A stretch of DNA of 64,000 bases from Spirochaetia bacterium (GCA_965225855.1 CBDDCK010000005.1:192001-256000); one strand, 5' to 3'. Counted from the stretch's first letter, positions 52,276 through 62,149 are shown. Notes: generated by a model from the letters alone, not told the origin. Translations and numbers: made by a program.

Positions 52276-52514
52276 AACTTAAGACTAGGTCATATACTTT
52301 GATGGTTTGGATTTGCGCTTGGGTCGCACTACCTAAGTCAGTACCTTGTAAAGTTAAAAGTTAGCAGAGCCGTGCCAACATTGTAGATGGCCTTATTAAT
52401 AGTCGGCCCAGACGGCCCAGAAGACGGCGCATCGTCATCGGGTGGTGCGTAGGCAAAGGCCATAAAGGCCAGTAGCAATGCTACAGGCAATAAAAGTAGT
52501 TTGTGCTTATTCAT
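52271..52514 (-). pseudogene. Truncated lipoprotein paralog E
   Basis: Lipobox Cys replaced by Tyr (FAYAPP), 7-bp duplication frameshift (aaagtta), homology ends at the family-d array. Confidence 0.85.
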
Positions 52515-52692
52515 AAGCAATACCTCCAAAAATGGATAAAGATTGGCCAAGCCATACGGGCTAGTGTACAGCGCCCTATTATGTTAGGGGGGGTGTTGCG
52601 TCAAGGCCCATACAAGCTTTTTGTAAGTTTTTTTGTGCTTTTTTTATGTTTGGGGCACTTTTTTTGTGTCTTATTTGTGTTTTAGTGTTGTA

Positions 52693-53170
52693 AATTTGCA
52701 TTCCATATTATCGGAATTTCAGTCTCTGTTGCCGTGCGAGCAATATCGTCGATACCTAACATAAAATTTGAGTAACCCACAGAAGCAATACTTCCCATAA
52801 GCCAGTAAGTAATGGAGGGCAATTTAGCAAACGGATCGGCAAGCAATTTAATAATAGAAATGGCAGAACCAAAGAAAGTAGAAACTATCACTCCAACCAG
52901 CACCAGCGACAACACCGACATTCGGCCATTGATGCGGGCGAGTACCATAACCGCCAGTATACTAACATACCAAACGCAAAGGCAAAAACCAAAGTGAGCA
53001 GGGAACTCTCAAATAGTAATATTGCCAAAGTGCCGCCAAAGGCAGCACCAGAAGTTACGCCGATAATTCCCGAATCGACCAGTGGATTACAAAACAAACC
53101 TTGGGCTGAGGCTCCAGACACTGCCAAACCTAAGCCGATGAGAATGGCAGCCAGTATTCTAGGCAAGCAA
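52693..53170 (-). pseudogene. FecCD/BtuC-family iron or cobalamin ABC permease remnant
   Basis: PRILAAILIG..QGLFCNPLVD..G in one frame; LVLVGVIVS..ITYWLMGS..DDIART..EIP in another, with a large internal deletion. Confidence 0.8.
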
Positions 53171-53332
53171 ACCTAACTCCGTTGTTTCACATATGGTTGG
53201 ATAATGTAATACGCCCCATTTGAGAATAAAGCCTAAACTGCAGAAGGATTTGCAAAAGTTAGCCGCGATGTTGGTTAGCACCCTAGACAATGGGGAATTT
53301 AATAACTGTGGGCGTTCAAACATTCACAACAT

Positions 53333-54013
53333 TCACGTTAAGGAAAATATGGACTTTTTGTTCATTTCTAACCAACTCTTAGCCATCAGGTAATTTCCAG
53401 CATTGCTAGGATGAATTCCGTCGTATATCCAGTAATCAGCTTTTGTCTTAGAAACAGCATTGTCAAAAATAGACTGATAGGGAATAAGCATTAAACTATG
53501 CTCTTGCGCTAAAGATGCTATAGCCATTTGTATCTCTTGTACTTTGGGCAGCCATATATCGTAGTCCTCAACCAGAGAGCCGGGGAATAGAAACGGTTGC
53601 CCTAAAATGATCAGACTCTGAGGCAATTCTTTTTGCGTCCAGACCAAAATCTCTTTGTAAATTTGGTAAAACTTGGCAACATTTATATCTTCATTTGAGA
53701 CCAAGGGCCAATAGACATCATTAATACCTATTAATATTGAAATGTAATCTGGTTTCAACTTCAAGCAATCTTTATCCCAACGGTCAAGCAAATCAGCAAT
53801 TCTATTTCCATCAATACCACGATTAATAATCTGCAAATTTTGTTTAGGGTATTCGGCCTGTATTTGAGCTGCTGCTAATAGAACATAACCAGTACCCAGA
53901 GCACGTATGGGTGGAAACACATTATTATCGTGAAGGGATTCAAAATCCATCTCCTCTTCACGCTCGCGTTGATAATCCGTAATAGAATCACCTTGAAAAA
54001 GTATTTTTTTCAT
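53333..54013 (-). CDS. SGNH/GDSL hydrolase
   Basis: FQGDSITD, NRGIDG, ILIGIND, DGIHPS. Confidence 0.9.
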   Translation of the reverse strand: MKKILFQGDSITDYQREREEEMDFESLHDNNVFPPIRALGTGYVLLAAAQIQAEYPKQNLQIINRGIDGNRIADLLDRWDKDCLKLKPDYISILIGINDVYWPLVSNEDINVAKFYQIYKEILVWTQKELPQSLIILGQPFLFPGSLVEDYDIWLPKVQEIQMAIASLAQEHSLMLIPYQSIFDNAVSKTKADYWIYDGIHPSNAGNYLMAKSWLEMNKKSIFSLT

Positions 54014-54229
54014 AACAATATCCCATATTATCTATAATCAAAGACAAAAAACTAAATTGATTTGCCACTCAACAGCCTGTAATGGTAAAACTAATTTAGC
54101 TTGTTGTCAAGTGAAATTTTTAGATATAACTTTTTTGATTAGCTCTCTATTGTTGTTTAGACTTCATGTTTAGACTTCATGGGTAATGGACAATATCTGG
54201 AAGACCAACTTCAAAATAGCCCTTATTTA

Positions 54230-54365
54230 ATAGCCATTGGGTACTGATTGGCTATTGTCCTGCTTGGTTAGAGCTTTGCTTGATACCCACCAACAGACTT
54301 TCTCAATATAGATCGATCGAGCCTCTTAATGGGTATTAAGAGGCTCTCTTAATGCTCATTAAAAG
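54230..54365 (+). repeat. Left copy of a ~130-bp direct repeat ending in family-a units
   Basis: Similar to 59894-60057. Confidence 0.85.
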
Positions 54366-54831
54366 TACCAAACAAAGTATCTTTTGTGTTTCGGGGTTTG
54401 GGATAATGGGGACTTAAAACCAACAAATTTTGGGGCGATGTGCGGCCAATCTTTCTACCGTCGTAATTCCTTCAAAGTTAGCGCAACAACTGGGCGGACT
54501 TGAATAGCCCGAGAGCTATACACGGGAAGAGCTTTAGGTAAATAGGGGAAGGATTGTAGCAATACAAGCAAATAATGGTGAGCTTAGTTAGCCACATCTA
54601 GGGGTGTTTTGCCATTGGCATCGGAAAACCCATGCTCTTAGCCATTGGCTTAGTTATTCTAATTGCTTTTGGTGAGAGTTTGTCATTGCAATTTTTCAAT
54701 GTGTGTTTTGATTTGGCAGCTTGACAGTGTACTGAAAAAAGGCACTATGTCTAACCTCTTAATCAAATGATAGAACAGTTGTAATGATTTAATTATGGCC
54801 CATCGGTCACTTGCCCGCAACAATCAAGGTT

Positions 54832-56361
54832 CTAAACATTCCCTTGTATGGCTTCAGCTAAAGATTCTTCGCTAACTATATCGCCCTTATCTCGGATCAG
54901 CTCGTGTACCATTTTCCCTTTGTTTAAAACTAATACTCTATCGCAGATGCGCTCCATTTCTTCCATTTCAGATGAAACAATAATCACTCCATTATTTGCA
55001 TCTGTTATACCTCTAATAAATTGGGCTATCTCACTTTTGGCTTCCACATCAATTCCCGCGGTAGGTTCATCAAGCAACAACACGGTGGGCTCGGTTAAAA
55101 GCCCTTTGGCAAAAACAACCTTTTGTTGATTGCCTCCTGATAGAAATTGGACATCTTGCTCTAGCCCAGTTGCCTTTAAATTGAGTTTCTCTTTCATTTG
55201 TAACGACTTCTCTATTGCTATACGAGTATTCAAAAATAAATATTTTTTTATTCGGTGTAATATTGGTAATATCATATTATCAAGTATATTATGGATACCT
55301 ATAATACCATTCCGGTGTCTGTTCTCAGGTACTAGAAATACACCTCTTTCTATTGCCTCCCATACCTTGCCCGCCTGTACGGGATTGCCTTTTAGTATTA
55401 CCTCCCCCCTATCAGGTTTGAAAAGCCCGTAAATACATTTTAGTATTTCTGTTCTTCCGCTACCCATGAGTCCCGCTATACCTAATACCTCTCCTGGATA
55501 TAAATGGAAGGAAATATTTGTGATACGGTCTCTAAACGAGATATTATGAATAACTAATAATGGCTCTGTTCTTTGAATGGGCTTTGCGGGAGCTATAAAA
55601 GTATTTTCTGCCAACTTTCTACCAATCATAGCTTGAACAATACTCTGAATACTTACATGGTTGATAGATTCTTGCAGCACAACTTCACCATTGCGCAATA
55701 CAACAATCTTATTGCATATATTTAGAATTTCTTGCATGTGATGCGATATTAAAAAGATAGCTATTCCTTGTTTCTTTAGATTATCAATAAGCTCAAACAA
55801 CAAGTTAATTTCTTTCGTTGTCAGGGAAGCCGTTGGTTCATCTAAAATTAATACAGAAGGATTGTGCATAAGGGACTTTACTATTTCTACCATCTGTTGG
55901 TTTCCAATAGACAAATCCTCTACTCTGGTGTTGGGCTCTATTTCTAAGTTAAACCTATCCAGAGCTTTTTTCGCTTCTTGCATACATAATTTTTCCTGTA
56001 TGAAGCCATATTTCTTTAGCTCTATACCAAGAAAGATATTCTCTGCAACACTTAGAGTTGGAATCAATGATAGCTCCTGATATACCATAGCGATACCAGA
56101 CTTTTTTGCTCCTACAGGCGAGCTATAAGTTTCTTTTGTGCCATCTATAACTATATGCCCCTTATCCGACTTATACACCCCATTTACAATCTTCATAAGG
56201 GTAGATTTACCTGCTCCATTAGAACCGACAAGGCCTAGCACTTGCCCTTTCTCAATATCTAGGGAAACCCCTTTTAAAACATAATTATTAAAAAAGGATT
56301 TATGTATATCTACTATTTCTAGTGCAAGGCTTTTTCTTTCGGCATTCACCACTCTGGCCAT
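54832..56361 (-). CDS. Sugar ABC transporter ATP-binding protein (RbsA-like)
   Basis: Two NBDs: GSNGAGKST, LDEPTASL, GLMGSGRTE, LSGGNQQKV. Confidence 0.92.
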   Translation of the reverse strand: MARVVNAERKSLALEIVDIHKSFFNNYVLKGVSLDIEKGQVLGLVGSNGAGKSTLMKIVNGVYKSDKGHIVIDGTKETYSSPVGAKKSGIAMVYQELSLIPTLSVAENIFLGIELKKYGFIQEKLCMQEAKKALDRFNLEIEPNTRVEDLSIGNQQMVEIVKSLMHNPSVLILDEPTASLTTKEINLLFELIDNLKKQGIAIFLISHHMQEILNICNKIVVLRNGEVVLQESINHVSIQSIVQAMIGRKLAENTFIAPAKPIQRTEPLLVIHNISFRDRITNISFHLYPGEVLGIAGLMGSGRTEILKCIYGLFKPDRGEVILKGNPVQAGKVWEAIERGVFLVPENRHRNGIIGIHNILDNMILPILHRIKKYLFLNTRIAIEKSLQMKEKLNLKATGLEQDVQFLSGGNQQKVVFAKGLLTEPTVLLLDEPTAGIDVEAKSEIAQFIRGITDANNGVIIVSSEMEEMERICDRVLVLNKGKMVHELIRDKGDIVSEESLAEAIQGNV

Positions 56362-57536
56362 CCTATGGACCTACCGTCACTAGAATATATACCTTCTGCT
56401 TTGGGATTATCCGTTCCAACGCCGCTTACAGGGACAACATAAGCTCTGGTAACAAAGGCTTGTGACCTAAAAGCCAAAACAACGGAGTCTCCTTCATTTA
56501 CTTGCTGTTCTCGTGCCAAAATACCATAGTAATCAATAGCTGCAGGACTAGGTATTTCGCATGGTATAGTACGCGCTAAGGCATCTGCAGGACAAGAACC
56601 CACACAGGCCTTTACCGTATAGTCCCTAAATACAGGATCAATATATAAACCACCACCAAAAAAATACGCTGCCCCTGCATGGATATGAGAGACTTCTGAT
56701 ACATAGACCATCGCCGGTATTTCCGCAAGCTCCTCGGTAGCATTAAGGGGAGTCGTGCCGGTGAATCCATGTCCGGGTTCCACTTGGGTTACTCCAAGCG
56801 ATGCCAATCTATGAAAAAGCATGGACGATGTCGTACCGGGTGCATTGATCTCTATATCTTGCATACCTTCATTGGCAAGTATAGTGGCCGCTCTTTCCAA
56901 CGTTCTTAAATTGTTGGTCGCAACAATCTCATGCTTTTCTTCATCAAATAGATGTGCAGGAAAGGTCGTAATACCGGCAACATGCAAACCAGGCAGATTA
57001 TTGATAGCATCTCTTACGGTTCGTATTTCATCTATAGCAAAACCACCTTCATGCCCTCTATAGAATGTATCACCGGATGCATGTATTCTTAACAGAATAT
57101 TCTGTTGTTGGCCTCTCGCCATAAATTTAGAAATCGTTCGGGCTTTTTCTAGGCTAAACACGGTCCAATATTTAGGCTTCATGCGCAGCGCTGCAAGCGT
57201 TTCATGATAGGGCACTTGCACCAAATGGCCGATATGCCCAATACCTAACCCACTGTGATAGGCCGCACGGGCACAAGGCATATCGACCGCGACACAATCC
57301 TTTATGCCCGCCTTTTGCATTGCCTGTAAAGCAACAGGATTCCGCCCTATTTGTTTGGTCATCGCAAAGATTTTTAGCTTATGTTTCTCCGCTTCCGCTT
57401 GTAGCAACAGGGCATTCTTATATAAGCTATCTATATCAATAACATAGCTGTTGGCCGGTATATCTCCGCGCTGATGCAATAGCACTGCAGATTCTATCAA
57501 TGCTTTATTTCTTGCTATAATGCTGTTCAAAAACAT
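56346..57536 (-). CDS. yhfX: YhfX-family PLP-dependent enzyme (alanine racemase-like fold)
   Basis: MTKQIGRNP, GHIGHLVQVP, GHEGGF, INAPGTT, EPGHGFTGTTP, FRSQAFVTR. Confidence 0.8.
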   Translation of the reverse strand: MFLNSIIARNKALIESAVLLHQRGDIPANSYVIDIDSLYKNALLLQAEAEKHKLKIFAMTKQIGRNPVALQAMQKAGIKDCVAVDMPCARAAYHSGLGIGHIGHLVQVPYHETLAALRMKPKYWTVFSLEKARTISKFMARGQQQNILLRIHASGDTFYRGHEGGFAIDEIRTVRDAINNLPGLHVAGITTFPAHLFDEEKHEIVATNNLRTLERAATILANEGMQDIEINAPGTTSSMLFHRLASLGVTQVEPGHGFTGTTPLNATEELAEIPAMVYVSEVSHIHAGAAYFFGGGLYIDPVFRDYTVKACVGSCPADALARTIPCEIPSPAAIDYYGILAREQQVNEGDSVVLAFRSQAFVTRAYVVPVSGVGTDNPKAEGIYSSDGRSIGWPEW

Positions 57537-57562
57537 AGCTATAAGAATTCCTCTACTATAGA

Positions 57563-58516
57563 TTAATCGCGATCGGGTTGCCTCAAACTTAGGGATACGG
57601 CTAAAATAATAACAATCCCACGAGCGATCATTTGTTCCGAGACACTCAAGCGCATAAGCAATAGGCCATTGTTTAGCATGCCAATAACAATAGAACCAAT
57701 AATAGAACCGACAATCGTACCTTTGCCACCGGTAAAAGAAGTACCACCAATTACCACCGCAGCGATAACGGACATCAAGTCCGATTCACCCAACGTATAG
57801 CGTGCGCCATGCAGTCTGCCGGCATATAGAATACCGGCAAATGCCGCACAAATTCCGCTAATAGTCATTACGGCCATCTGTATTCTGCCAATATTTACCC
57901 CAGAAAACCTAGCGGCAGAAGTGTTGCCTCCAACCGACAATACCTTTTTACCAAAGCCGGTCTTTCTATAACCGATGTGGCCGATTACCATTACAATAAT
58001 AGTCCACAAAAATAAGGTAGATACATGGCCGATATTACCAGAGCCAAACAGAAAATTAAATGTTTGGTTGGTGATAGGAATTGCTTCTAAATTGGTCACG
58101 ATCCTAGCCAAGCCGGCGATTACAATAGAAGTTCCTAAGGTTATCAAAAAAGAAGGTATGCGCAGCTTGGCACGGATATATCCGTTGATAAAACCAAATA
58201 AAGCACCGACCAAAAGACCAGATACCAAAGCCGCCAATAAACCAACCTCCCGTACCACTAAGGCGGAGACTAAGGCGGCCAAACCTACGATAGAACCTAT
58301 AGATAAATCTATTTCTCCGGCCGATATGGCAAAGGTCATTCCAACCGCCATAACCGATATCATGGCCGTCTGCCTAAGTATATTCATTATGTTGGCATAA
58401 GAGAGAAAATTCTTATCATGCAATACCAAAGAAAGAATCCCAACAACTAACAAGAAGCTAATATAGACAATATAATCCTTGTAATGGATCTTCCGTATTT
58501 GTTCTAAACTTACCAA
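57563..58516 (-). CDS. Sugar ABC transporter permease (RbsC-like)
   Basis: GEIDLSIGS, IPSFLITLG, IAAVVIGGTSFTGGKG. Confidence 0.92.
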   Translation of the reverse strand: MVSLEQIRKIHYKDYIVYISFLLVVGILSLVLHDKNFLSYANIMNILRQTAMISVMAVGMTFAISAGEIDLSIGSIVGLAALVSALVVREVGLLAALVSGLLVGALFGFINGYIRAKLRIPSFLITLGTSIVIAGLARIVTNLEAIPITNQTFNFLFGSGNIGHVSTLFLWTIIVMVIGHIGYRKTGFGKKVLSVGGNTSAARFSGVNIGRIQMAVMTISGICAAFAGILYAGRLHGARYTLGESDLMSVIAAVVIGGTSFTGGKGTIVGSIIGSIVIGMLNNGLLLMRLSVSEQMIARGIVIILAVSLSLRQPDRD

Positions 58517-58563
58517 GATTCTTCTCCCTCTTACTCGCTGATAACTCTACGGCTCTCTCTGTC

Positions 58564-59682
58564 CTAGTTCCTCAATGCGTCTATAACAGCCTGATCGGGA
58601 GATTTATTAGCCGATTCCTTATAGGCCTGCAACATATTATCTCTAGTCATCTTGACTGTTTCACATAAAACAAACGGAGGAGCGGGTTTACCGAGCAGGT
58701 CATAAGCCGCCAATCTCGCCATAACCTGACCGATTTGATAAGGCTTGTCCGCCACCTTACCATAGGTAAGCCCTCTTTGAGCCATATCTAGATCCAGCGT
58801 GCCGCCTAAGTCATGGGTTACCAATTTTGCCCTGCTACCGGCCGATCTCATCTCTGCAACTACCGGTTCGGCTGCAACGTCCCAAGAGACATAAACCCCG
58901 TCTAAACTAGGGTTTTGCGTCAACATGGCTACGGCCACTTCGCCCGTTTGAGTGTCTTGCGAAAAACCTTTGGCATATACCAAGTTAATGTTAGGGTATT
59001 TCCTTTCTATGGTTCGACGAAAGGCGTTATCCCTATTATTGGTTACAAAAAAGTTTGCATCGTAGTAAATCATGGCAATATCGCCTTTGTTGCCGATAGC
59101 CTCTGCCATTAGATCGGCCGCTGCCCGCCCCATGCCATAGTGATCGCCTGTTACAATAGAAACGTATTGTTCGCCAGGTTTATAGTTATCAATGCCATTA
59201 TCGGCCAAGACAATACTTACGCCAGCGTCTACGGCAGGCTGAAAGGCCCGGGTCGATGCAACCGGGTCTACCGGCAAAGATAACATAATATTGGGCTTCA
59301 ATGCCAATGCAGTCTCTATGTCCGTGGCTTGCTTGGCCGGATCATAATTAGATTCGGAGATAGCCACCACTTCTATACCCATCTTTTCAAATTCTGCCTT
59401 AGCTCCTCGTGTCATGGACTTATACCACTCACCGGAGCTACCCCACAACATAGTCGCCTTATAATTACCTGCTCGCACCTTTTGATATTCCTCTTGAGTT
59501 AAGGAAATATCAGTAGCTGATGTGGCCACTTCTCCGTTAGGGCCTTTGGCAAAGCCACCGTAACTTTGATTGGCCCTTTCCACACCTATAGTGAAATCTT
59601 TTGGCGTCTCCGATTTGCCTCTGGCGTAACCCATAGAGGGTGCTAAGACTAAGCAAAATAAGATGAAGTAACCATTCTTCAT
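58564..59682 (-). CDS. Sugar ABC transporter substrate-binding protein
   Basis: Signal peptide with A-RG-x-x-E end; periplasmic binding protein type I pattern; AAGGAGG RBS. Confidence 0.88.
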   Translation of the reverse strand: MKNGYFILFCLVLAPSMGYARGKSETPKDFTIGVERANQSYGGFAKGPNGEVATSATDISLTQEEYQKVRAGNYKATMLWGSSGEWYKSMTRGAKAEFEKMGIEVVAISESNYDPAKQATDIETALALKPNIMLSLPVDPVASTRAFQPAVDAGVSIVLADNGIDNYKPGEQYVSIVTGDHYGMGRAAADLMAEAIGNKGDIAMIYYDANFFVTNNRDNAFRRTIERKYPNINLVYAKGFSQDTQTGEVAVAMLTQNPSLDGVYVSWDVAAEPVVAEMRSAGSRAKLVTHDLGGTLDLDMAQRGLTYGKVADKPYQIGQVMARLAAYDLLGKPAPPFVLCETVKMTRDNMLQAYKESANKSPDQAVIDALRN

Positions 59683-59893
59683 AGGAAAACCTCCTTAATG
59701 TTTTCTGTTATATACCAGAATAGCGAAAAAACAATCAAGAGTAAAATCCTTTTTTATGATAAAATTTGCTATAAATTCCTTGTTTTTTCTCTAGCTCATA
59801 ACAAGGCCAATTGTAGCGCCGGTAGGCCAACAGTATTGAATATTTTTTAAGATTTATCACAAGCGCGAATAGCCGCTTTTATAGCCCTTATTT

Positions 59894-60057
59894 ATAGCCA
59901 TTGGTTACTCATTGGGTATTGTCCTGCTTGGTTACAGCTTCGCTTGATACCTACCAAGAGACTTTCTCCATATCAATCGATCGAGTCTCTTAATAGGCAT
60001 TAAGAAAACCTCTTAATGGGCGTCAAGAGAGTCTCTTAATAGGCATTAAGAGAGCCT
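59894..60057 (+). repeat. Right copy of the ~130-bp direct repeat with three family-a units
   Basis: atagccattgg..attgtcctgcttggtta..gcttgatacc..gactttctc..atcgatcgag.ctcttaat. Confidence 0.85.
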
Positions 60058-60085
60058 TTTTCGTTGGAGAAATAACCAAGAGTTT

Positions 60086-60973
60086 TTAACTCAAGCAGTT
60101 TTTCAGTTCACCGAGTATTTGGGGGCTTTTGGTACAAAGCTGCCAAATACTATTGTTGTTCCCAGGCCATTCCCACGGTAGGCAAATACTTTGTAAAAAT
60201 AGCTGTCGAGAACCATGATTGTTTGGTTGGGTTTGCCAAATTTTGCAAGTAAATGGCCCTATATTTGTAGGTATATTATTGTTGTGTTTGGTTTCTGTTT
60301 GTGCATTTTGCACAGGCATTGGCACTTGCAATGCAAAAGCATACAAGCTAATGCACCCATTGCTATTACTTGTTTTAGCTCCGTATTTTAAATCGCCCTG
60401 AACAGGGTAGCCCAATGCAGCTAATTGGCAGCGGATTTGGTGATGCCTACCCGTCTCTAGCTGGACAGCTATGATACGATGATTTTTCCCTGTAGCCATG
60501 AAACGGTATTGCAACGCAGCCAATTTTGCGCGGGGGGCATCAGGTTGGGTTATATAAGCTTTATTATTGCGTGATTCCTTACGGATATAATCTATTTGTT
60601 TCTGCCATTTATCTTTGGCTGAAGCCAAGTTTTGTTGGTGGAATGGCCCTTCAACAATCGCAAGATAAAATTTCTTACAAACTTTTTGCTGGAAAGCAGC
60701 AGAAAGTCGTTGCATTGCTTTTGTGGTTTTTGCCATCAAGCACAGCCCAACAACAGGTCGGTCAAGGCGGTGGGGCAGGCTAAGGTATGCATTGCCCGGC
60801 TTACAATAATTGTCAATCAAATAGGCTTTACCGTAATCCAGCAAAGATCGATCACGGCTTTTATCATTTTGCGCAGGGATTCCACCAGGTTTGTAGACGA
60901 GTAGTAGATGATTATCTTCATAAACAATTAGGGAACGAAAATAAGTGGCTTGGGTCAAATCGATCACAAACAA
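60086..60973 (-). CDS. RluA-family RNA pseudouridine synthase
   Basis: IVYEDNHLL..KPGG, HRLDRP, LETGRHHQIR, GDLKYG. Confidence 0.9.
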   Translation of the reverse strand: MFVIDLTQATYFRSLIVYEDNHLLLVYKPGGIPAQNDKSRDRSLLDYGKAYLIDNYCKPGNAYLSLPHRLDRPVVGLCLMAKTTKAMQRLSAAFQQKVCKKFYLAIVEGPFHQQNLASAKDKWQKQIDYIRKESRNNKAYITQPDAPRAKLAALQYRFMATGKNHRIIAVQLETGRHHQIRCQLAALGYPVQGDLKYGAKTSNSNGCISLYAFALQVPMPVQNAQTETKHNNNIPTNIGPFTCKIWQTQPNNHGSRQLFLQSICLPWEWPGNNNSIWQLCTKSPQILGELKNCLS

Positions 60974-60997
60974 AAATATAAGAGAGGGCTTTAATGG

Positions 60998-62149
60998 TTA
61001 GCTTTTTTGCGCTGCAAGTTTTTCAATTTCTTTAATCAATACATCTTCAGCTCCCCGGCTGGGAATGTTTTTTAAGAGCTTGCCTTTAGCAAATAAAGAA
61101 ACATTTAACCCTGCTCCAGAGATAGCCAAATCAGCATGTTTGGCTTCCCCCGGGCCATTGACAGGGCAACCCATTACCGCAACGTTCATATTAATAGGAA
61201 CATTAGGCATTTTACTCTGGAGCTTTGCGGTAAATTCCGCAGTATCAAAAGTAGAACGAGCACAACCCGGGCAAGAAATCAAATTGATACCTTGACGCAG
61301 CCCCAAAATACGCAGCAGCTCTGCCCCCGCAAGAACTTCTTCGCGCGGTTCACCAGAAATAGAAATACGAATAGTATCGCCAATTCCTTGTTCGAGCAGT
61401 TTAGAAAATGCTAAGGTACTCTTTATGAGTGAAGGTTTTAGCGGCCCCGCTTCGGTAACCCCGAGATGCAAAGGGTAGGGATAGCCTAGGCCTCCCTGCG
61501 CTAAATCTTTAGCAAACAGCTGGTTAGAATACACAACTAAAGCTGGATCGGAAGCTTTGAGAGACACAACAATATTGCTAAAGCCAACTGATTCCAAGGC
61601 TTCCATATTGTCTACCGCAGCTTGAACCATGTTTTTAGCCGATTCTTCTAGCCATTGTTGTGTTTTGACACCGTGGGCAAGCTCCAATTCTCTGGGCATG
61701 GAACCGCCGTTGACCCCAATGCGAATAGCAACGCCCTTATCGTTGGCAGCTTGGGCCACTTCTTTGACTTTCCATTTTTCCCCTATATTGCCCGGATTTA
61801 TACGAAGCTTGGCTATAGGATACTTTAAGCATTCCAAAGCAATTCGGTAGTCATAGTGAATATCTGCAATAACTGGAATCGACAGCCTCTTTGCAATCAT
61901 ACCTATAGGCTTGACAGACACTATGCTAGGCGTTGAGAAACGAATTAAATCACAGCCACTTGCCGCCAACTGCTCTAGCTCTAGGATAAAATCATCAGTT
62001 ATTTGCTTTTCTTCAATTGGGCGGTTCCACATCGTTTGTACTTGGACAGGTTTGCCCTGACCTAGTTCGCAAATATTGGGTGTAGATGCTTGACTTGCAT
62101 CTGCTGCAGAATGATGTATTTGTGCCAATTGTTTACTTTGATAAGCCAT
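60998..62149 (-). CDS. ispG: 4-hydroxy-3-methylbut-2-en-1-yl diphosphate synthase
   Basis: IADIHYD, RINPGNIG, RIGVNGGS, PLHLGVTEAG, SCPGCAR, VMGCPVNGPGE. Confidence 0.95.
   Translation of the reverse strand: MAYQSKQLAQIHHSAADASQASTPNICELGQGKPVQVQTMWNRPIEEKQITDDFILELEQLAASGCDLIRFSTPSIVSVKPIGMIAKRLSIPVIADIHYDYRIALECLKYPIAKLRINPGNIGEKWKVKEVAQAANDKGVAIRIGVNGGSMPRELELAHGVKTQQWLEESAKNMVQAAVDNMEALESVGFSNIVVSLKASDPALVVYSNQLFAKDLAQGGLGYPYPLHLGVTEAGPLKPSLIKSTLAFSKLLEQGIGDTIRISISGEPREEVLAGAELLRILGLRQGINLISCPGCARSTFDTAEFTAKLQSKMPNVPINMNVAVMGCPVNGPGEAKHADLAISGAGLNVSLFAKGKLLKNIPSRGAEDVLIKEIEKLAAQKS

Noticed and set aside
11950..52514. Invertible shufflon among the lipoprotein genes
   Set aside because: All paralogs are co-oriented, and no site-specific recombinase or inverted crossover sites were seen
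53170..53330. Cobalamin riboswitch upstream of the FecCD/BtuC remnant
   Set aside because: No recognisable B12-box or core motifs
54560..54660. Possible IS200/IS605 right-end remnant
   Set aside because: Only a vague resemblance (aaacccatgctcttagccattgg); no tnpA or tnpB coding remnant could be read
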